A stretch of 64,000 nucleotides of DNA from a virus (IMGVR_UViG_3300028837_004134:19417-83416); one strand, 5' to 3'; shown: positions 47,237 through 57,877, counted from the first letter of the stretch. Notes: generated from the sequence alone by a model not told the origin. Made by a program: numbers and translations.

Positions 47237-49426
47237 CTACCATCTCGCTCCAGCCGGTTCGAGGAGCAGCGAGAGGAACGTCTTTCGTTCATCCTGTTTC
47301 CGCTTTCTGGCACAGTTCTGTATACCCCATTGATCGCCAATGACCACGGCGGTCTTCTTGGCCCGGGTGACACCGGTGTAAAGCAGGTTGCGGTGGTGCA
47401 TGAAGGCATGGGCCTTGTGGATCATCACCACGGCGCAGGGAAACTCTGAGCCCTGGGCCTTGTGTATCGTGAGCGCGTAAGCCAACTGCAAGTCCTGCAT
47501 GTTCGGCGAGCCCGATTCGATATCTACCGGCACGCCATCGAATTCGATGGCAATTGAACCGTCGCGGTCTATACGGATCACATTACCCATCGCGCCGTTC
47601 ATCACGCCGAGATCGTAATTGTTCCGGGTTTGGATCACCTTGTCGTGGAGCAGGAACTTCGGTCTTCGGCCCGGTTTCGGAACCGGTGCTTCAATGTCCC
47701 AGAGCTTCTTTTGGATCAATCGCTGAAGTTCTGTGTTGAGCGTTTTGGTCCCGAGCGGTCCTTTGTGGGTCGGTGTCAATACCTGGACGTCTTCTCGAAG
47801 GTCGTAACTCAGCCGTTCATTAAGTACATTTTCGAACAGCTCGAGGAGGAAGCGTTGCGCGTCCGTCTGGTCTGTGAACTGATCCACCACGTACCACGCC
47901 CGGCGGCCCGGGCCTTCTGGCTCGCTGGTCTTTCGCACCTCGCCATTCAGAATCGCGATGCTGTTTTCCTTGAGTACGCCGGCTTGCCTGACAACTTTGT
48001 CGAGAATGACCGCCGGCGCAACTCGCGATTGGACGAGGTCCCGCAGCAGGTTGCCGGGGCCTATCGGAGGGAGCTGGTTGTGGTCGCCGACCAGGACGAC
48101 AGCGGTTTTGTCCAGATTGATCGCTTGGAACAGACGCCAAGCCAAGGGGATGTCCACCATGGAGACCTCGTCAACGATAATGACATCGGCGTCGATAGGG
48201 TCTTCGGGACCTCGCGCGTACGTCTTGCCGTTGAATCCCAGGAGTCGGTGGATGGTGCTCGCGGAATATCCGACGACCTGTTCAAGTCGCTTGGCCGCCT
48301 TTCCTGTCGGGGCTGCCAGGACCACTCGAAGCTCGTGTTCCTCGAATATGTTCGTTACGGCTGAAACGGTGAAGGTCTTGCCGCTGCCGGCACCGCCGGA
48401 AACGAGGGAGATTGAGTGTCGCAACACTGTGAGCGCTGCTTCCCGCTGACCGTTGTTCAGTTGGGGAGCAGTCTTCTGCACCAGGGATTCGAGATCGTAG
48501 GTGTTGCTGAAATGAGGATTAGGTCGAGGAGCCTGCCGAAACAGAGCCGCCAAGTTCTCCTCCATCCTGCGGATGTCCGGTCTGGCGACAAAGAATCGTC
48601 CATCGTGTGCGGAGCAAGAAAGAGTGTCTTCATCGATGAGCTTACTCAATGCTTCTTCGATCCGGTCGCGGCGGTCAAGGACGTCCATGACAAGCAACGT
48701 GTTGGCCTGATCGATCAGCTCCTCGAACTCGATCCAGCAATCGCCTTGCTCCAGCGCCGTCGACACGCAATGGATGATGCCGGCGCGGATGCGGGCCGGG
48801 TCATCCTTAGCCGTTCCCATCTTGCGGGCAATCTTGTCAACCCGTTTAAACCCGAAACCGCGCACCTCGCGGACGATGATGTATGGGTCGGTCTTGAGCA
48901 GACTCAGTGCGTCATTGCCGAACTTCTTGACCAGCGTCGTCACCTGGTGATGTGTGAGCCCGTAAGCGGCCGGCCATGTGATTGCCTTGTTCGTCCGCCG
49001 CGTCTTGAGCCATTCCGCTCGGAGATTCTGTACGGCTTGGGCCGGCAACTTTGCAGCCTCGGCGATTCGTTCCGGCTCATCGGTGATTATCCGGTCGAAG
49101 TCGTGCCCGAAGTGTTCGGCGATAAGGCGCGCCTTGACCGGTCCGATGCTCCTTATTTCCGGGTGATTGGCCAGGTAGTTTGCCAGGCCGTCGGTATCCA
49201 GTTCGAGGTCATACTCCATGGCCTTGACATCGAACTGGCGACCGTACTTGGGATGCGTGGACCAACGTCCGTTTAGTACGACCTGGTCCTGCTCGCGGGC
49301 GTAGAGCCTGCCAGCGAATTGAATCTCGTCACCAGAAGGTGTTACCAGCCGACCCGCTGAGAACCGTGGGCCCGCATAGAAGACTGCATTGATCCGTCCC
49401 CGAATTGTCGTTTGAGCGTGCTTCAA
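47237..49426 (-). CDS. RecD2-like ATP-dependent DNA helicase
   Basis: HPKYGRQF, GFGFKRVD, GGAGSGKT, APTGKAA, DEVSM, GDHNQL, TIHKAQGSE, LYTGVTRA; TTG start after GAGAGG. Confidence 0.92.
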   Translation of the reverse strand: MKHAQTTIRGRINAVFYAGPRFSAGRLVTPSGDEIQFAGRLYAREQDQVVLNGRWSTHPKYGRQFDVKAMEYDLELDTDGLANYLANHPEIRSIGPVKARLIAEHFGHDFDRIITDEPERIAEAAKLPAQAVQNLRAEWLKTRRTNKAITWPAAYGLTHHQVTTLVKKFGNDALSLLKTDPYIIVREVRGFGFKRVDKIARKMGTAKDDPARIRAGIIHCVSTALEQGDCWIEFEELIDQANTLLVMDVLDRRDRIEEALSKLIDEDTLSCSAHDGRFFVARPDIRRMEENLAALFRQAPRPNPHFSNTYDLESLVQKTAPQLNNGQREAALTVLRHSISLVSGGAGSGKTFTVSAVTNIFEEHELRVVLAAPTGKAAKRLEQVVGYSASTIHRLLGFNGKTYARGPEDPIDADVIIVDEVSMVDIPLAWRLFQAINLDKTAVVLVGDHNQLPPIGPGNLLRDLVQSRVAPAVILDKVVRQAGVLKENSIAILNGEVRKTSEPEGPGRRAWYVVDQFTDQTDAQRFLLELFENVLNERLSYDLREDVQVLTPTHKGPLGTKTLNTELQRLIQKKLWDIEAPVPKPGRRPKFLLHDKVIQTRNNYDLGVMNGAMGNVIRIDRDGSIAIEFDGVPVDIESGSPNMQDLQLAYALTIHKAQGSEFPCAVVMIHKAHAFMHHRNLLYTGVTRAKKTAVVIGDQWGIQNCARKRKQDERKTFLSLLLEPAGARW

Positions 49427-49486
49427 ATAACCGCCTCTCAGCAAATCGCACAGCACAGCGCGACTCCGTGCCCATCCTTCAGTGTT

Positions 49487-49517
49487 CACATACCGGAATG
49501 ATTTGCGGACTGTCGGA
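49487..49517 (-). promoter_or_regulatory. Element sigma-type promoter motif copy 6
   Basis: TCCGAC-N15-CCGGTATGTG, 60 bp above the recD2 start. Confidence 0.65.
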
Positions 49518-50016
49518 AGGCTAGTCGGTTGGGAGAATTGGAATTGGCTTTGACTTTGAGGGACTCGAGAAGTTATATTGTTCTGAGAGAATGTGGCACG
49601 GGAATTGGAGGAGGAGTTTTGTGCCGATTCGCGTAAGACCCCATGGTGAATTGGGGGATGGAACGAAAGTGTCTGAGTGTGCATGCGTTGGCTTGCTTCT
49701 GAAGCGTTGTCGAACGGCATGTTGTGTCAGCGGGAAATGTGGGTTCTGCGTCTCATTCGGATCAATGTAGTGGTTATCGGGCTCCAGAATGGGCGCCGAA
49801 TGAACACGGTGAATGAGAGTTAACCAGGCAAAGCGTTTTGTGTATTAATGGAACAAAGAGAATCCACCTTAAATCAGCCGCAAGACTGTCCAACAAACCG
49901 GGACCACGTCTCGTGAGGATAGGAGAAACCTGACTAACGCCTTCAGCCAACCCTACAGTTGAGGCTGGAGGTGGACGGAGGTTGCTGACCACAGACCTAT
50001 GGACTTGGAGTGATCT

Positions 50017-53000
50017 ATGGAGGACGCTACAATTCTCCTTGCAGACCTTGTGGGGAGTGAGCAAGCCACTTTGAAGCGGATAGACGACGTCTTGCAGGAA
50101 TGCGGCGCATTGCCTTCGGGCGAACGATACAAGAACAGTTGGGGAGATGCCCTAGTTGCCGTGTTTGAGTCTGCATCCCAGGCACTAGACTACGCTCTCA
50201 CTATTCGAGACCGATTGCGGCAGCACGATTGGCGCCAATTGGGTATCTGTCGGCCGCCCTCAGTACGAATGGGTCTCGCCTCGGGCCCCTTGACGTGGAG
50301 ACCTGACTCCCTCCGCGACTGCCATGTGCCGGAAGGAGGGGCCTTGGTCTTAGCTGCCAGGATAGAGCCAACTGCGAGCCCAGGTGCTGTCACAGTGACC
50401 GAGACAGTCAAGGGACTCGCTGGCGAAACTGACTATTCGTACTTCGATCTCGGACAGCGTAAACTGCCCAAGCAATCTGGAACGATAAGCCTTTTCAGCG
50501 CATCTCATAGAGGAGAAGGCTTCAGTGTGGATAATCTACCTGGCTACCCACTCCAGGATGAGCAGTATTACCGTCGCCTTGAGGCGTTCCAGCGCTTCGT
50601 TTATATGTGGCTGATGTTTGACCAACTCCCTCGGGGGAGCTGGGGTCGTTCAACTCCGGGCTGGATGAACGCAGTATGGCAGGACGTACCTCATATCGTA
50701 CCGAACCCAGTGATGGATCACGAGGGCGGATTTGAAACGACAATCTTTAATCTGGAGATCCTTAGCAGGCTTCTAGGACCTGAGCGTCTCTATCAAATGC
50801 AAGGATCCAGAGCCTTCCAATACCTCCGAGAACGACATACTCCCCGGGGTTTCGGGACCCTCAGCCTTTCACGCAACGGCTATGCCGTGGAGCCTCACCC
50901 GCGCCATACGGCCCTGGTTGGATGGCTCATTGGAACCGTTCTAGGCCAGGTCGGCCATGATGTTCCGGAACTCCGCGAGTTGTTTCAGACTAGCGTCGCA
51001 GCGCTGTTCCTGGAGGCGCCCGGTGGCAGGCCCACCGCTTTGCATCTGGATCGAAACCCTCTGCTGCTATACCTGTGTGCGTGGCATGTAACCCGGGCTA
51101 TTGAGACCGCACTTTGGGAAGGTTGTTTCACGCCTGAGCAGCGCTCTCACGTGTGCGACGCATGGGAGGGGATGCGCTCGGCACTGCTTGACAGGGCATT
51201 AACCGGCCAGTATTCACGACCGGAACCTTCCCAACTACCAAGAGGTCGTTTGTCTCTGTTCCCGCTCACGATTCCGTACGGGCAATTCGTCAGGATGGAG
51301 GCCTACTCGTTGCTAACGGCAGCTCCTCTTTTGCATCAGACAATGCCAGCGAATCTCCTAGATCGCGTGCGAAAGGCAATCGAGTTCATAGTTGAAGATT
51401 ACCTATCGACTTGGTCGAAGGCGATTCGATGTGCTCACAAGGACGCGCTCCAGCCCATACATGCGAGCCCCAGTGCGTTCCTCTCAGATGACGGGAATCC
51501 CCATCCAGACCTGGGTATAGCTGCATTGCTGCTTCGTACGCTGAGGGATGCGAACCTATGTGCCTGTTTGTGGAACGATGCGCCGGCCGAAAAGGTGCTC
51601 ATCGCGCGACAGCATCTGATCGAGGATCTAACCCTACTGTTTGATCGATGGCTCGTTGCACCAGAGCTCTTTGACCTAACCCATCCAGGCATGCTTGCCT
51701 CTGCGCTTGTGCATGATCACCCAGATCTGCATGAGAAACTGATTAGCAGTTGCCGGCAGGCCGTTACGCCCCACCCTCCAACACGTCTCGCAGACAACTC
51801 CATTGAAGCAGTTCTGTCCGAACACAGGATTGCGAGAGCCATACGTGAAGTCGTTGCGAGTGACGGACTGAGTCCTGCCATTCAGATCTCTGAGTACTCC
51901 CTGCAGCGCCTCCTCTTAGATAGGTTGCGCCCAGGATTATACGTCGAGGAGCGGCTTGGCACCAATGGCACAATGACCGTGGCGCGCAAGACTCTGGACG
52001 TATATCAGAGGGCATCGTTTGTGCGAAGGTACAAGCACGTCTGGGAAGACAGGGCAGATCGGACTACTCTCGCACTCTTCATGAGCCTATTGCCTTCCGC
52101 TGGATGCATACTGGATGTCGGTTGTGGTGTGGGACAATACGCGGCTGAGATGGTCCGCGATGGTCATCGAGTGGATCTTCTCGATGGTTCTTCTCCTCTG
52201 CTGTCGATTGCGCGTGATCGAGTACGAGCTGCTTCTGGGGCTAGCTTCGAGTGTTTTAATGTAGACATCCTAAATGAAACCTCGCGAAGTCACGTGCCGG
52301 CGTCGCCTAAATACGATGCCATCTGGTGCAGTGGTACCCTTGCACACGTTCCACAAAACGTACAGAAAACGGTGCTGCTGTGGCTAAAGGACCTAGTCAA
52401 GGATGGCGGAAAGTTGTTCCTCAGTACACCCATACGGGATTCACGGGTTATTGCACGTGACGGTCGGTTCTATGCATACATCGAGTCAACTGATCGGCTA
52501 CGAGAACTGGCAGTCGAGAGTGGATTTCGCGTTGACTACGCACTTGAGAAGGAGGAGTTCACCAACACATACGGTGAACCGAAACTCACTTCCAAGTGGG
52601 CCAACCTCTACTGCACCAAGAAGGCGGTTGAGGCAGCGGGAGGTCGCGCTGAGCTTGAAGTCGCGCTGACGCGCCAAGCATATGGTCAGTCTGCTTCCGA
52701 TTTCTTTGAAGTGCACGTCAGGCGTGCAGGGGACTCAAGGCGTCAGCGAGTCCTGGACTCTTACATAGACAAGACGTTGTCTCTGATTCCATCAGTGAAG
52801 AGGCCGACGATTCTCGATGCTGGTTGTGGTGCAGGTGACTATCTCTTCGAAATGGCTCGGCGCGGTTGCTCAGTAGTTGGCATAGACCTAGCTGAGGAAA
52901 TGCTTGAGTTGGCGAACGAGCGATGTGCAGAATCGATTGAGAAAGGGGATGTAGAATTACGTATGCGAGACATCCGTAACTTGCCGAATGAATGGGATGG

Positions 53001-53328
53001 GAGGTTTCAGGGCGTTCTGTGCGTCACAGCATTTCAGCATATCCCGTTGGCCAAAGATTCAGCTTTGGACGTTCTACGTGGCTTTCACAGGGTTCTGGTG
53101 CCGAGAGGAGTATTGCTCGTGGATGCACAGCTAGGTCGGGGAACGGGATTCGATCCAGATCTCCGGTTCATTCAAGGGTACGAAACACCAGGCCAACTGG
53201 AGGAGGTTTTGAAGCAGGGCGGGTTCCAGGTTATCGAGATGCCCAGATGGTCGCTAAAACGTGCCCACAATACTTACCAACGAGATACTCGTCTTGACTT
53301 TGTGCAGGCCTGGGCGAGGCGTGCTTGA
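50017..53328 (+). CDS. Fusion: class III nucleotide cyclase + alpha-helical (QW-repeat-like) domain + two class I SAM methyltransferases
   Basis: ADLVGS, NSWGDA, VRMGLASG, AARIEP; WLMFDQLPRGSWG, YLRERHTPRGFG; ILDVGCGVG and ILDAGCGAG. Confidence 0.85.
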   Translation: MEDATILLADLVGSEQATLKRIDDVLQECGALPSGERYKNSWGDALVAVFESASQALDYALTIRDRLRQHDWRQLGICRPPSVRMGLASGPLTWRPDSLRDCHVPEGGALVLAARIEPTASPGAVTVTETVKGLAGETDYSYFDLGQRKLPKQSGTISLFSASHRGEGFSVDNLPGYPLQDEQYYRRLEAFQRFVYMWLMFDQLPRGSWGRSTPGWMNAVWQDVPHIVPNPVMDHEGGFETTIFNLEILSRLLGPERLYQMQGSRAFQYLRERHTPRGFGTLSLSRNGYAVEPHPRHTALVGWLIGTVLGQVGHDVPELRELFQTSVAALFLEAPGGRPTALHLDRNPLLLYLCAWHVTRAIETALWEGCFTPEQRSHVCDAWEGMRSALLDRALTGQYSRPEPSQLPRGRLSLFPLTIPYGQFVRMEAYSLLTAAPLLHQTMPANLLDRVRKAIEFIVEDYLSTWSKAIRCAHKDALQPIHASPSAFLSDDGNPHPDLGIAALLLRTLRDANLCACLWNDAPAEKVLIARQHLIEDLTLLFDRWLVAPELFDLTHPGMLASALVHDHPDLHEKLISSCRQAVTPHPPTRLADNSIEAVLSEHRIARAIREVVASDGLSPAIQISEYSLQRLLLDRLRPGLYVEERLGTNGTMTVARKTLDVYQRASFVRRYKHVWEDRADRTTLALFMSLLPSAGCILDVGCGVGQYAAEMVRDGHRVDLLDGSSPLLSIARDRVRAASGASFECFNVDILNETSRSHVPASPKYDAIWCSGTLAHVPQNVQKTVLLWLKDLVKDGGKLFLSTPIRDSRVIARDGRFYAYIESTDRLRELAVESGFRVDYALEKEEFTNTYGEPKLTSKWANLYCTKKAVEAAGGRAELEVALTRQAYGQSASDFFEVHVRRAGDSRRQRVLDSYIDKTLSLIPSVKRPTILDAGCGAGDYLFEMARRGCSVVGIDLAEEMLELANERCAESIEKGDVELRMRDIRNLPNEWDGRFQGVLCVTAFQHIPLAKDSALDVLRGFHRVLVPRGVLLVDAQLGRGTGFDPDLRFIQGYETPGQLEEVLKQGGFQVIEMPRWSLKRAHNTYQRDTRLDFVQAWARRA

Positions 53329-53799
53329 GGAAGCGTGGACACATCGATGACATGCTACGCAGGCCCACGTGACGAGTAAGTGGACCCAGCAATCGATAGG
53401 CCCTCAGAAGATCATGGCCGCCCCTGCATCGCGAGGGTTCGCAAGGTTGCAGTGTTCACGGGCTGTGGCAAGTGTTCAAGGAGGCTCGGTAGGCGAGCTG
53501 AAGCTGGTCATTTGTGAGTAATAGCAGGTAAACGGTTCCGGTTCGATCGTCAAGGAGGTTGTTGCTACGTAGCAATCTACCGGTCGTGCTGACCATCCCG
53601 CTAAGCCGGCCGTGGTGTAGGTTCGTGCGGATCAGTATAACAGGTCTATTGAAATGCCTTTGGGTCAGGCGTTCGCATGCGCCCTAGCCAATCGGAGACA
53701 GTCGGTGTTAGAATTCCACCTTACGACGGCATACCTGTGATTCATCACTCCTCATTTAAGTATCTGCCTTCACCCTAATACAATACTCAGTGATTGCAC

Positions 53800-54297
53800 T
53801 TAACTGGGCTCTTTTTTCGAGAGGCAATTAGCCGCGGCTGACGAGAGGTGTCTGCTCCGCTGACATCCTATCAAATAGCCCTCCATAAACCGACAGGCAG
53901 CCTGCCGGTCGGAGCAGAAGAAGACCGGAATGTCGAAGTCGACGACGATGGAAAGAACGGTTCCGAGAACGGCGTTGGGGTGCGCACCAGAACGGTAACG
54001 TCCGCCGAGGATGTCGCTGAGGTTGGCCTCAACCACAATGCATGCGGCCTCATACCCGGCAAGACGCTGAAGCTCCTTCTTGAACCGTTTCCGGGAACGG
54101 ATGACGGTGGAAACGAAGTCCTCGAGGGTCTTGCGCTCCACCGCCACCGAGTCCTCGCGTCCCTCGATGGAATAGTCCCCGGCGGGGAGAGCCTGGCGGA
54201 TGACCGCCACGCATTGGGGATCGAAGGCGTAAGGCTCCTGTTCCCGCGTGTCGACGACGACGGTGATCCGGTCCTCGTCAGAACGGCGCGAGAGCAT
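53800..54297 (-). CDS. ERCC4-domain nuclease
   Basis: VVDTREQ..LPAGDYS..VERKTLED. Confidence 0.9.
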   Translation of the reverse strand: MLSRRSDEDRITVVVDTREQEPYAFDPQCVAVIRQALPAGDYSIEGREDSVAVERKTLEDFVSTVIRSRKRFKKELQRLAGYEAACIVVEANLSDILGGRYRSGAHPNAVLGTVLSIVVDFDIPVFFCSDRQAACRFMEGYLIGCQRSRHLSSAAANCLSKKEPS

Positions 54298-54772
54298 CTT
54301 TAGCCGCCGTATCGTATTCGTCCCCGCTGTCTTCAAGCACGATGCGCCGGTTGAAGTAGACGTTTTCGTTTTCGCCCCGGGTGCGCTTGGTCACCTCGAT
54401 CTTGACGTTGAGCAACTTGTCCAGGTTGTCGGGAAGCTCGGAGAGCTTTTCGAGATCGAGCCCGCAGGTGTGCAGGTCCGTCTTGAGCCACTTGATGTTC
54501 TCGCGGGTGGCCATCACGTTGTTGCGCCACAGGAGCCTTCCCCGGAACCGTGGCGCAAGAATGCGCAGTGTCCACTTGAGCATTGGATTGCCCGAGGTCT
54601 GCGCCCGGGTCAGTTCCACTCGCTCGACGTTCACCTGGTACTTGCCGTCGGGAATCGGTTCGAACTCCCGATCTTCGACTTCAGCTTACGCGAAATCGTC
54701 GTCGAACTGCGCAAGGTCGATCTCGTTAGTACCGCGAGGTTTACCGAGATACTCATCGCTTTCATACGGCAA
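54278..54772 (-). pseudogene. DUF669 (SSB-like) gene with in-frame stop
   Basis: DLAQFDDDFA*AEVEDREFEPIPDGKYQV..SGNPMLKW; TAA at 54686-54688; TTG start after GGAGGAG. Confidence 0.75.
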
Positions 54773-54800
54773 GCTCTACTCCTCCATCTAAGGAGTTTAC

Positions 54801-55127
54801 TTACTCGCAGGCACGGGCTTCTTCTTCTGTCCATCCCCCGGCACCGACCGCACGACCCTCTCCGATCCGTTCGACCTTGAATGCCTCTTCACCGAACTCA
54901 CGGGAGAGGAACCCGGTGAAAATCCTGGCGATAGCGCGTCCGACATCGGTCGCCGCGTCCACCACGCAGGAGCGCTTTTTCGAGTCCAGGCAGAAGGACG
55001 CATCAAGGCGCATCAGGGAGCGACCGTGCAGGCTTTCGGCGGCAAGTACCGCCAGTAGCAGGGATTCCTCGACGTCCTGGATCGGGACCTTGGAATCGAA
55101 GTTGTATCGGTAGAGTTCTCGCTTCAT
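54801..55127 (-). CDS. Conserved element hypothetical protein
   Basis: Paralog of 4820-5134. Confidence 0.8.
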   Translation of the reverse strand: MKRELYRYNFDSKVPIQDVEESLLLAVLAAESLHGRSLMRLDASFCLDSKKRSCVVDAATDVGRAIARIFTGFLSREFGEEAFKVERIGEGRAVGAGGWTEEEARACE

Positions 55128-55230
55128 GATCTATGCCTCCATTCCGTTTAGTGCGGTCCGTTGGAGGGCGCGCCCGGGCCGGATGTCGTTGGGGCTTCTC
55201 AAACGCCTCGCTGGCATCCGACCCGGTCAA

Positions 55231-55261
55231 TACCTACCGGAAGCGACCCTGGACCGTCGGA
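55231..55261 (-). promoter_or_regulatory. Element sigma-type promoter motif copy 7
   Basis: TCCGAC-N15-CCGGTAGGTA. Confidence 0.7.
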
Positions 55262-55264
55262 CGG

Positions 55265-55852
55265 TCAGAGGTAGTCCCTCAGTCCGGCGTCCTCAAAGAT
55301 CGCGCGCAGCTTCTTGATGGATTCGTAGATCGTGCCCCGCGGAGTTCCGGTGTCGCGGGAAATCTCCGTGACGGTGTCGGTATCGAGACGCTTGCACAGC
55401 TCACGCAGCTCGGGCGGCAGTTTCTCAATTGTTTTCTGCACGTCAAGGGAAAGATCTCGCAACTCCCACGCGGGTCGTGCGAGCTTACCGGTGCGGCGCA
55501 GGTAATCTTCCTGGTCGATGGTCTCCATGCGTTCCACAGAGCCGCCTTCTTCGTCATCGAACCGGTCGTTCAGGGAGCACCGGCAGCGGCGATAGTCCCG
55601 CATGCCGGCTTTCTGTGATTCGATAATGGTGGCGATCTTGTGTTCTACCACACGGGCGATGAAGGTATTGCGCTGTGCACGCTTGGGATTGAATTTGGGC
55701 AGTCGGCGAAGCAGGTCCAGCAGCATTTCCTGCTCCAGGTCCTCGCGGTCGGACTCTGTGAATCCAACCCGTCCAACTAATTGCCTCGCCTTGTACTTGA
55801 TGAGTCGAACGGCATACTCGTCGACTGCTTCGGGGTGATTGTCGAAACCCAT
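55265..55852 (-). CDS. Sigma-70 family (ECF-like) sigma factor
   Basis: Paralog of 5267-5851. Confidence 0.85.
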   Translation of the reverse strand: MGFDNHPEAVDEYAVRLIKYKARQLVGRVGFTESDREDLEQEMLLDLLRRLPKFNPKRAQRNTFIARVVEHKIATIIESQKAGMRDYRRCRCSLNDRFDDEEGGSVERMETIDQEDYLRRTGKLARPAWELRDLSLDVQKTIEKLPPELRELCKRLDTDTVTEISRDTGTPRGTIYESIKKLRAIFEDAGLRDYL

Positions 55853-55990
55853 CTGGACCTCCTCGTGGCCGAGGGGGCGTGGGTGCCGACGGAAGATGTG
55901 GCTACTATGAGAAGAGGCGTTGCAGGCTCACCGCATCTGCGGCACCCACAACGCCTCCACTTCGTGGCCGGTTAGTTGTCAGGTAGCGAA
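55853..55990 (-). ncRNA. Conserved structured 5' leader of the sigma gene
   Basis: Same alternative stems as 5852-5985. Confidence 0.5.
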
Positions 55991-56026
55991 AAGCTTTGTT
56001 TACGATTGGGGAGCCGATCCCCGCTC

Positions 56027-56365
56027 TCAGGCAGTGTTCTCCTCAACGATCATCTTGAAAGGAAGGCCGCGCTTGACTTCAAGAGAGTGGATTACTCCGT
56101 TACCCAATGCTCCAACTTGCGTGAAGAAGTCGCGTACTTGAGCCTTGAGCAGAAAGTCCTGTTTGGTGGCCTCTGGTCGCGGACCGTTTTCCGCGCAGAA
56201 CTTAATCTCCCGGACCACCCGCGGCCGCGGATCAAGAACCAACTCGCCGTTCCGGATGACGATCCCTTCGATGCGACCGAAATTGATGTGTTGCATCATC
56301 TCTATGAACTCCATCTTCGGTTGCGAGAGGGAAGACTTCGTAGCGTTACGTCTGGTCTCCTGCAT
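56027..56365 (-). CDS. Conserved element hypothetical protein
   Basis: Paralog of 6027-6365. Confidence 0.8.
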   Translation of the reverse strand: MQETRRNATKSSLSQPKMEFIEMMQHINFGRIEGIVIRNGELVLDPRPRVVREIKFCAENGPRPEATKQDFLLKAQVRDFFTQVGALGNGVIHSLEVKRGLPFKMIVEENTA

Positions 56366-56556
56366 GTCACTCCTTCGATATGAGGGTGGTCACAAGAGCG
56401 ACGCACTGTGCGCCAGCTCGCTGCCCTTCGGAGCAATTGCAGGAAATGATTGCAGGGGGTGTGGAGGTGTCCGTAACCTCGTCAGCGAAAAGAACTACGG
56501 CGTGTGAATGTGGGAATTGCAGTTGCAGGAAACCATGCAAACTGCAATGTGGAAGG

Positions 56557-57540
56557 TTATCCCTTGAAGCTCATGACTTGTTCAAGATCGTTGGCTGCTT
56601 CCCAGAGAATGCGGATCTCCGTGTCGGAAGGATCGTTAATCGCTCTGGATATGGAAGACACGCTGACACCCAATTGAGCTGCAAGTTGCTTCTGGGTTGG
56701 TCGAGGCAGCAGGGCGGGACCAGTCCCGTGATCGCGCGAACTGTAAGCATAATCGCGCGCTGCCCGGAGGTGCTCTCTTAGTGCCTTCTTAATAGCGTCA
56801 ATGATAGCGGTGCGTGGGGCACGCTTCATGCGTTTCCTCCTGGCCGGTTTGCAAGTAGGTCGATCTCCATGTGCCTCCGCCTTACCGAGTGCTGTCTTGT
56901 GTCTCTTGCGGAGTTCATCCAGGCGCTTCACGACCTTCTGACCGGGAATGAGCTTCTTCCTGATCTCGTCATACTCATTGGGTGGTATGGCAGGCAAGTC
57001 TGATACATCGAGAGTGAGAAGAGCTGACTCACGAAGCCTCTCTTCGGTCTCATCCCCAAAAAGAGTAATATCGGGCCTGATGATAACACACGGTACGGAC
57101 AAAACCTGATCACTGTCGATATCCTTACGATTAGGGTAGGAAATCACATGCCTCTCTACAATTGTTGCAGGCAGTACTGGTGAATACTCGGCAACACGAG
57201 GGTAAGACGAGAGAGCCTCCACGATGGCGCACGCTGGACAGGCGCCGATCAGGGTGTTCAACTCAGGTAGATGCGCCAGTGCCTCGTGTAGATCTCTTTG
57301 TACGTCGTTCCATCGCTTCTCCCTCTTTCGCTTAGAGGCAGTCCTTTGTTGAAACAGGGATAACTTGACGCAATCGCGGAACTCGCTGCACGAGAACCCT
57401 ATGCAGTGATACTCGCAGAAGACCGCTGCTAGATCCTTCAGGCGCTTCCAAGCCCATTTCGCTGCCGCGCGATGGTCCGAACACTCTCTGACACCAGACT
57501 CGAAATGGGTTATGGTGAGACCATCGTTTGTCTTGATCAT
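56557..57540 (-). CDS. Hypothetical regulator with C-terminal HTH
   Basis: Paralog of 6558-7541. Confidence 0.75.
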   Translation of the reverse strand: MIKTNDGLTITHFESGVRECSDHRAAAKWAWKRLKDLAAVFCEYHCIGFSCSEFRDCVKLSLFQQRTASKRKREKRWNDVQRDLHEALAHLPELNTLIGACPACAIVEALSSYPRVAEYSPVLPATIVERHVISYPNRKDIDSDQVLSVPCVIIRPDITLFGDETEERLRESALLTLDVSDLPAIPPNEYDEIRKKLIPGQKVVKRLDELRKRHKTALGKAEAHGDRPTCKPARRKRMKRAPRTAIIDAIKKALREHLRAARDYAYSSRDHGTGPALLPRPTQKQLAAQLGVSVSSISRAINDPSDTEIRILWEAANDLEQVMSFKG

Positions 57541-57556
57541 CTTCGTCCTGCCTCAA

Positions 57557-57770
57557 TCACATTTGTCGCCTCACTGCGACGATCTTCCTAGGGACTCGAT
57601 GTCCGTCGTCGGGTCCATGCGGGATCGGTCCGTGATCTGGAATCCCCGGCCTTGGTGCGATTATCTCGTCACGGATGTAGAGCCGCTTCACTGCTGCCTC
57701 ATCGCCGAGCGATGCCACTACAACGCCTTTGCTTTCGGCCACTGGCAACCGGCGGACTACTACTCTGTCG
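57557..57770 (-). pseudogene. LexA C-terminal remnant
   Basis: VVVRRLPVAESKGVVVASLGDEAAVKRLYIRDE aligns with LexA 7549-8208; HTH, AG site and Ser are missing. Confidence 0.85.
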
Positions 57771-57877
57771 CAAAACCAGCTCGGGATTGAACTGTTGAGC
57801 CATCGTTTCATTCTCCTCTGCTAGCTGTAATCAATGGCCTAAACACTAAACGTCTAGGCCAAAAAAGAGAAACCAAC

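Noticed and set aside
49427-49720. 98-aa N-terminal extension of RecD2 in the ORF track
   Set aside because: Low-complexity; an SD + TTG at 49426 and promoter copy 6 lie within it.
49930-49990. attC-like hairpin upstream of the cyclase gene (and GTTAGCG before the NACHT gene)
   Set aside because: Core sites and spacing do not fit attC, and no complementary inverse core follows either gene.
54686-54688. Stop-codon recoding in DUF669
   Set aside because: Single TAA; other genes terminate normally at TAA, so a nonsense mutation or sequence error is simpler.
6027-56365. Paralogues offset by exactly 50,000 bp
   Set aside because: Neighbouring pairs are offset by 49,998-51,050 and the copies are diverged; coincidence.
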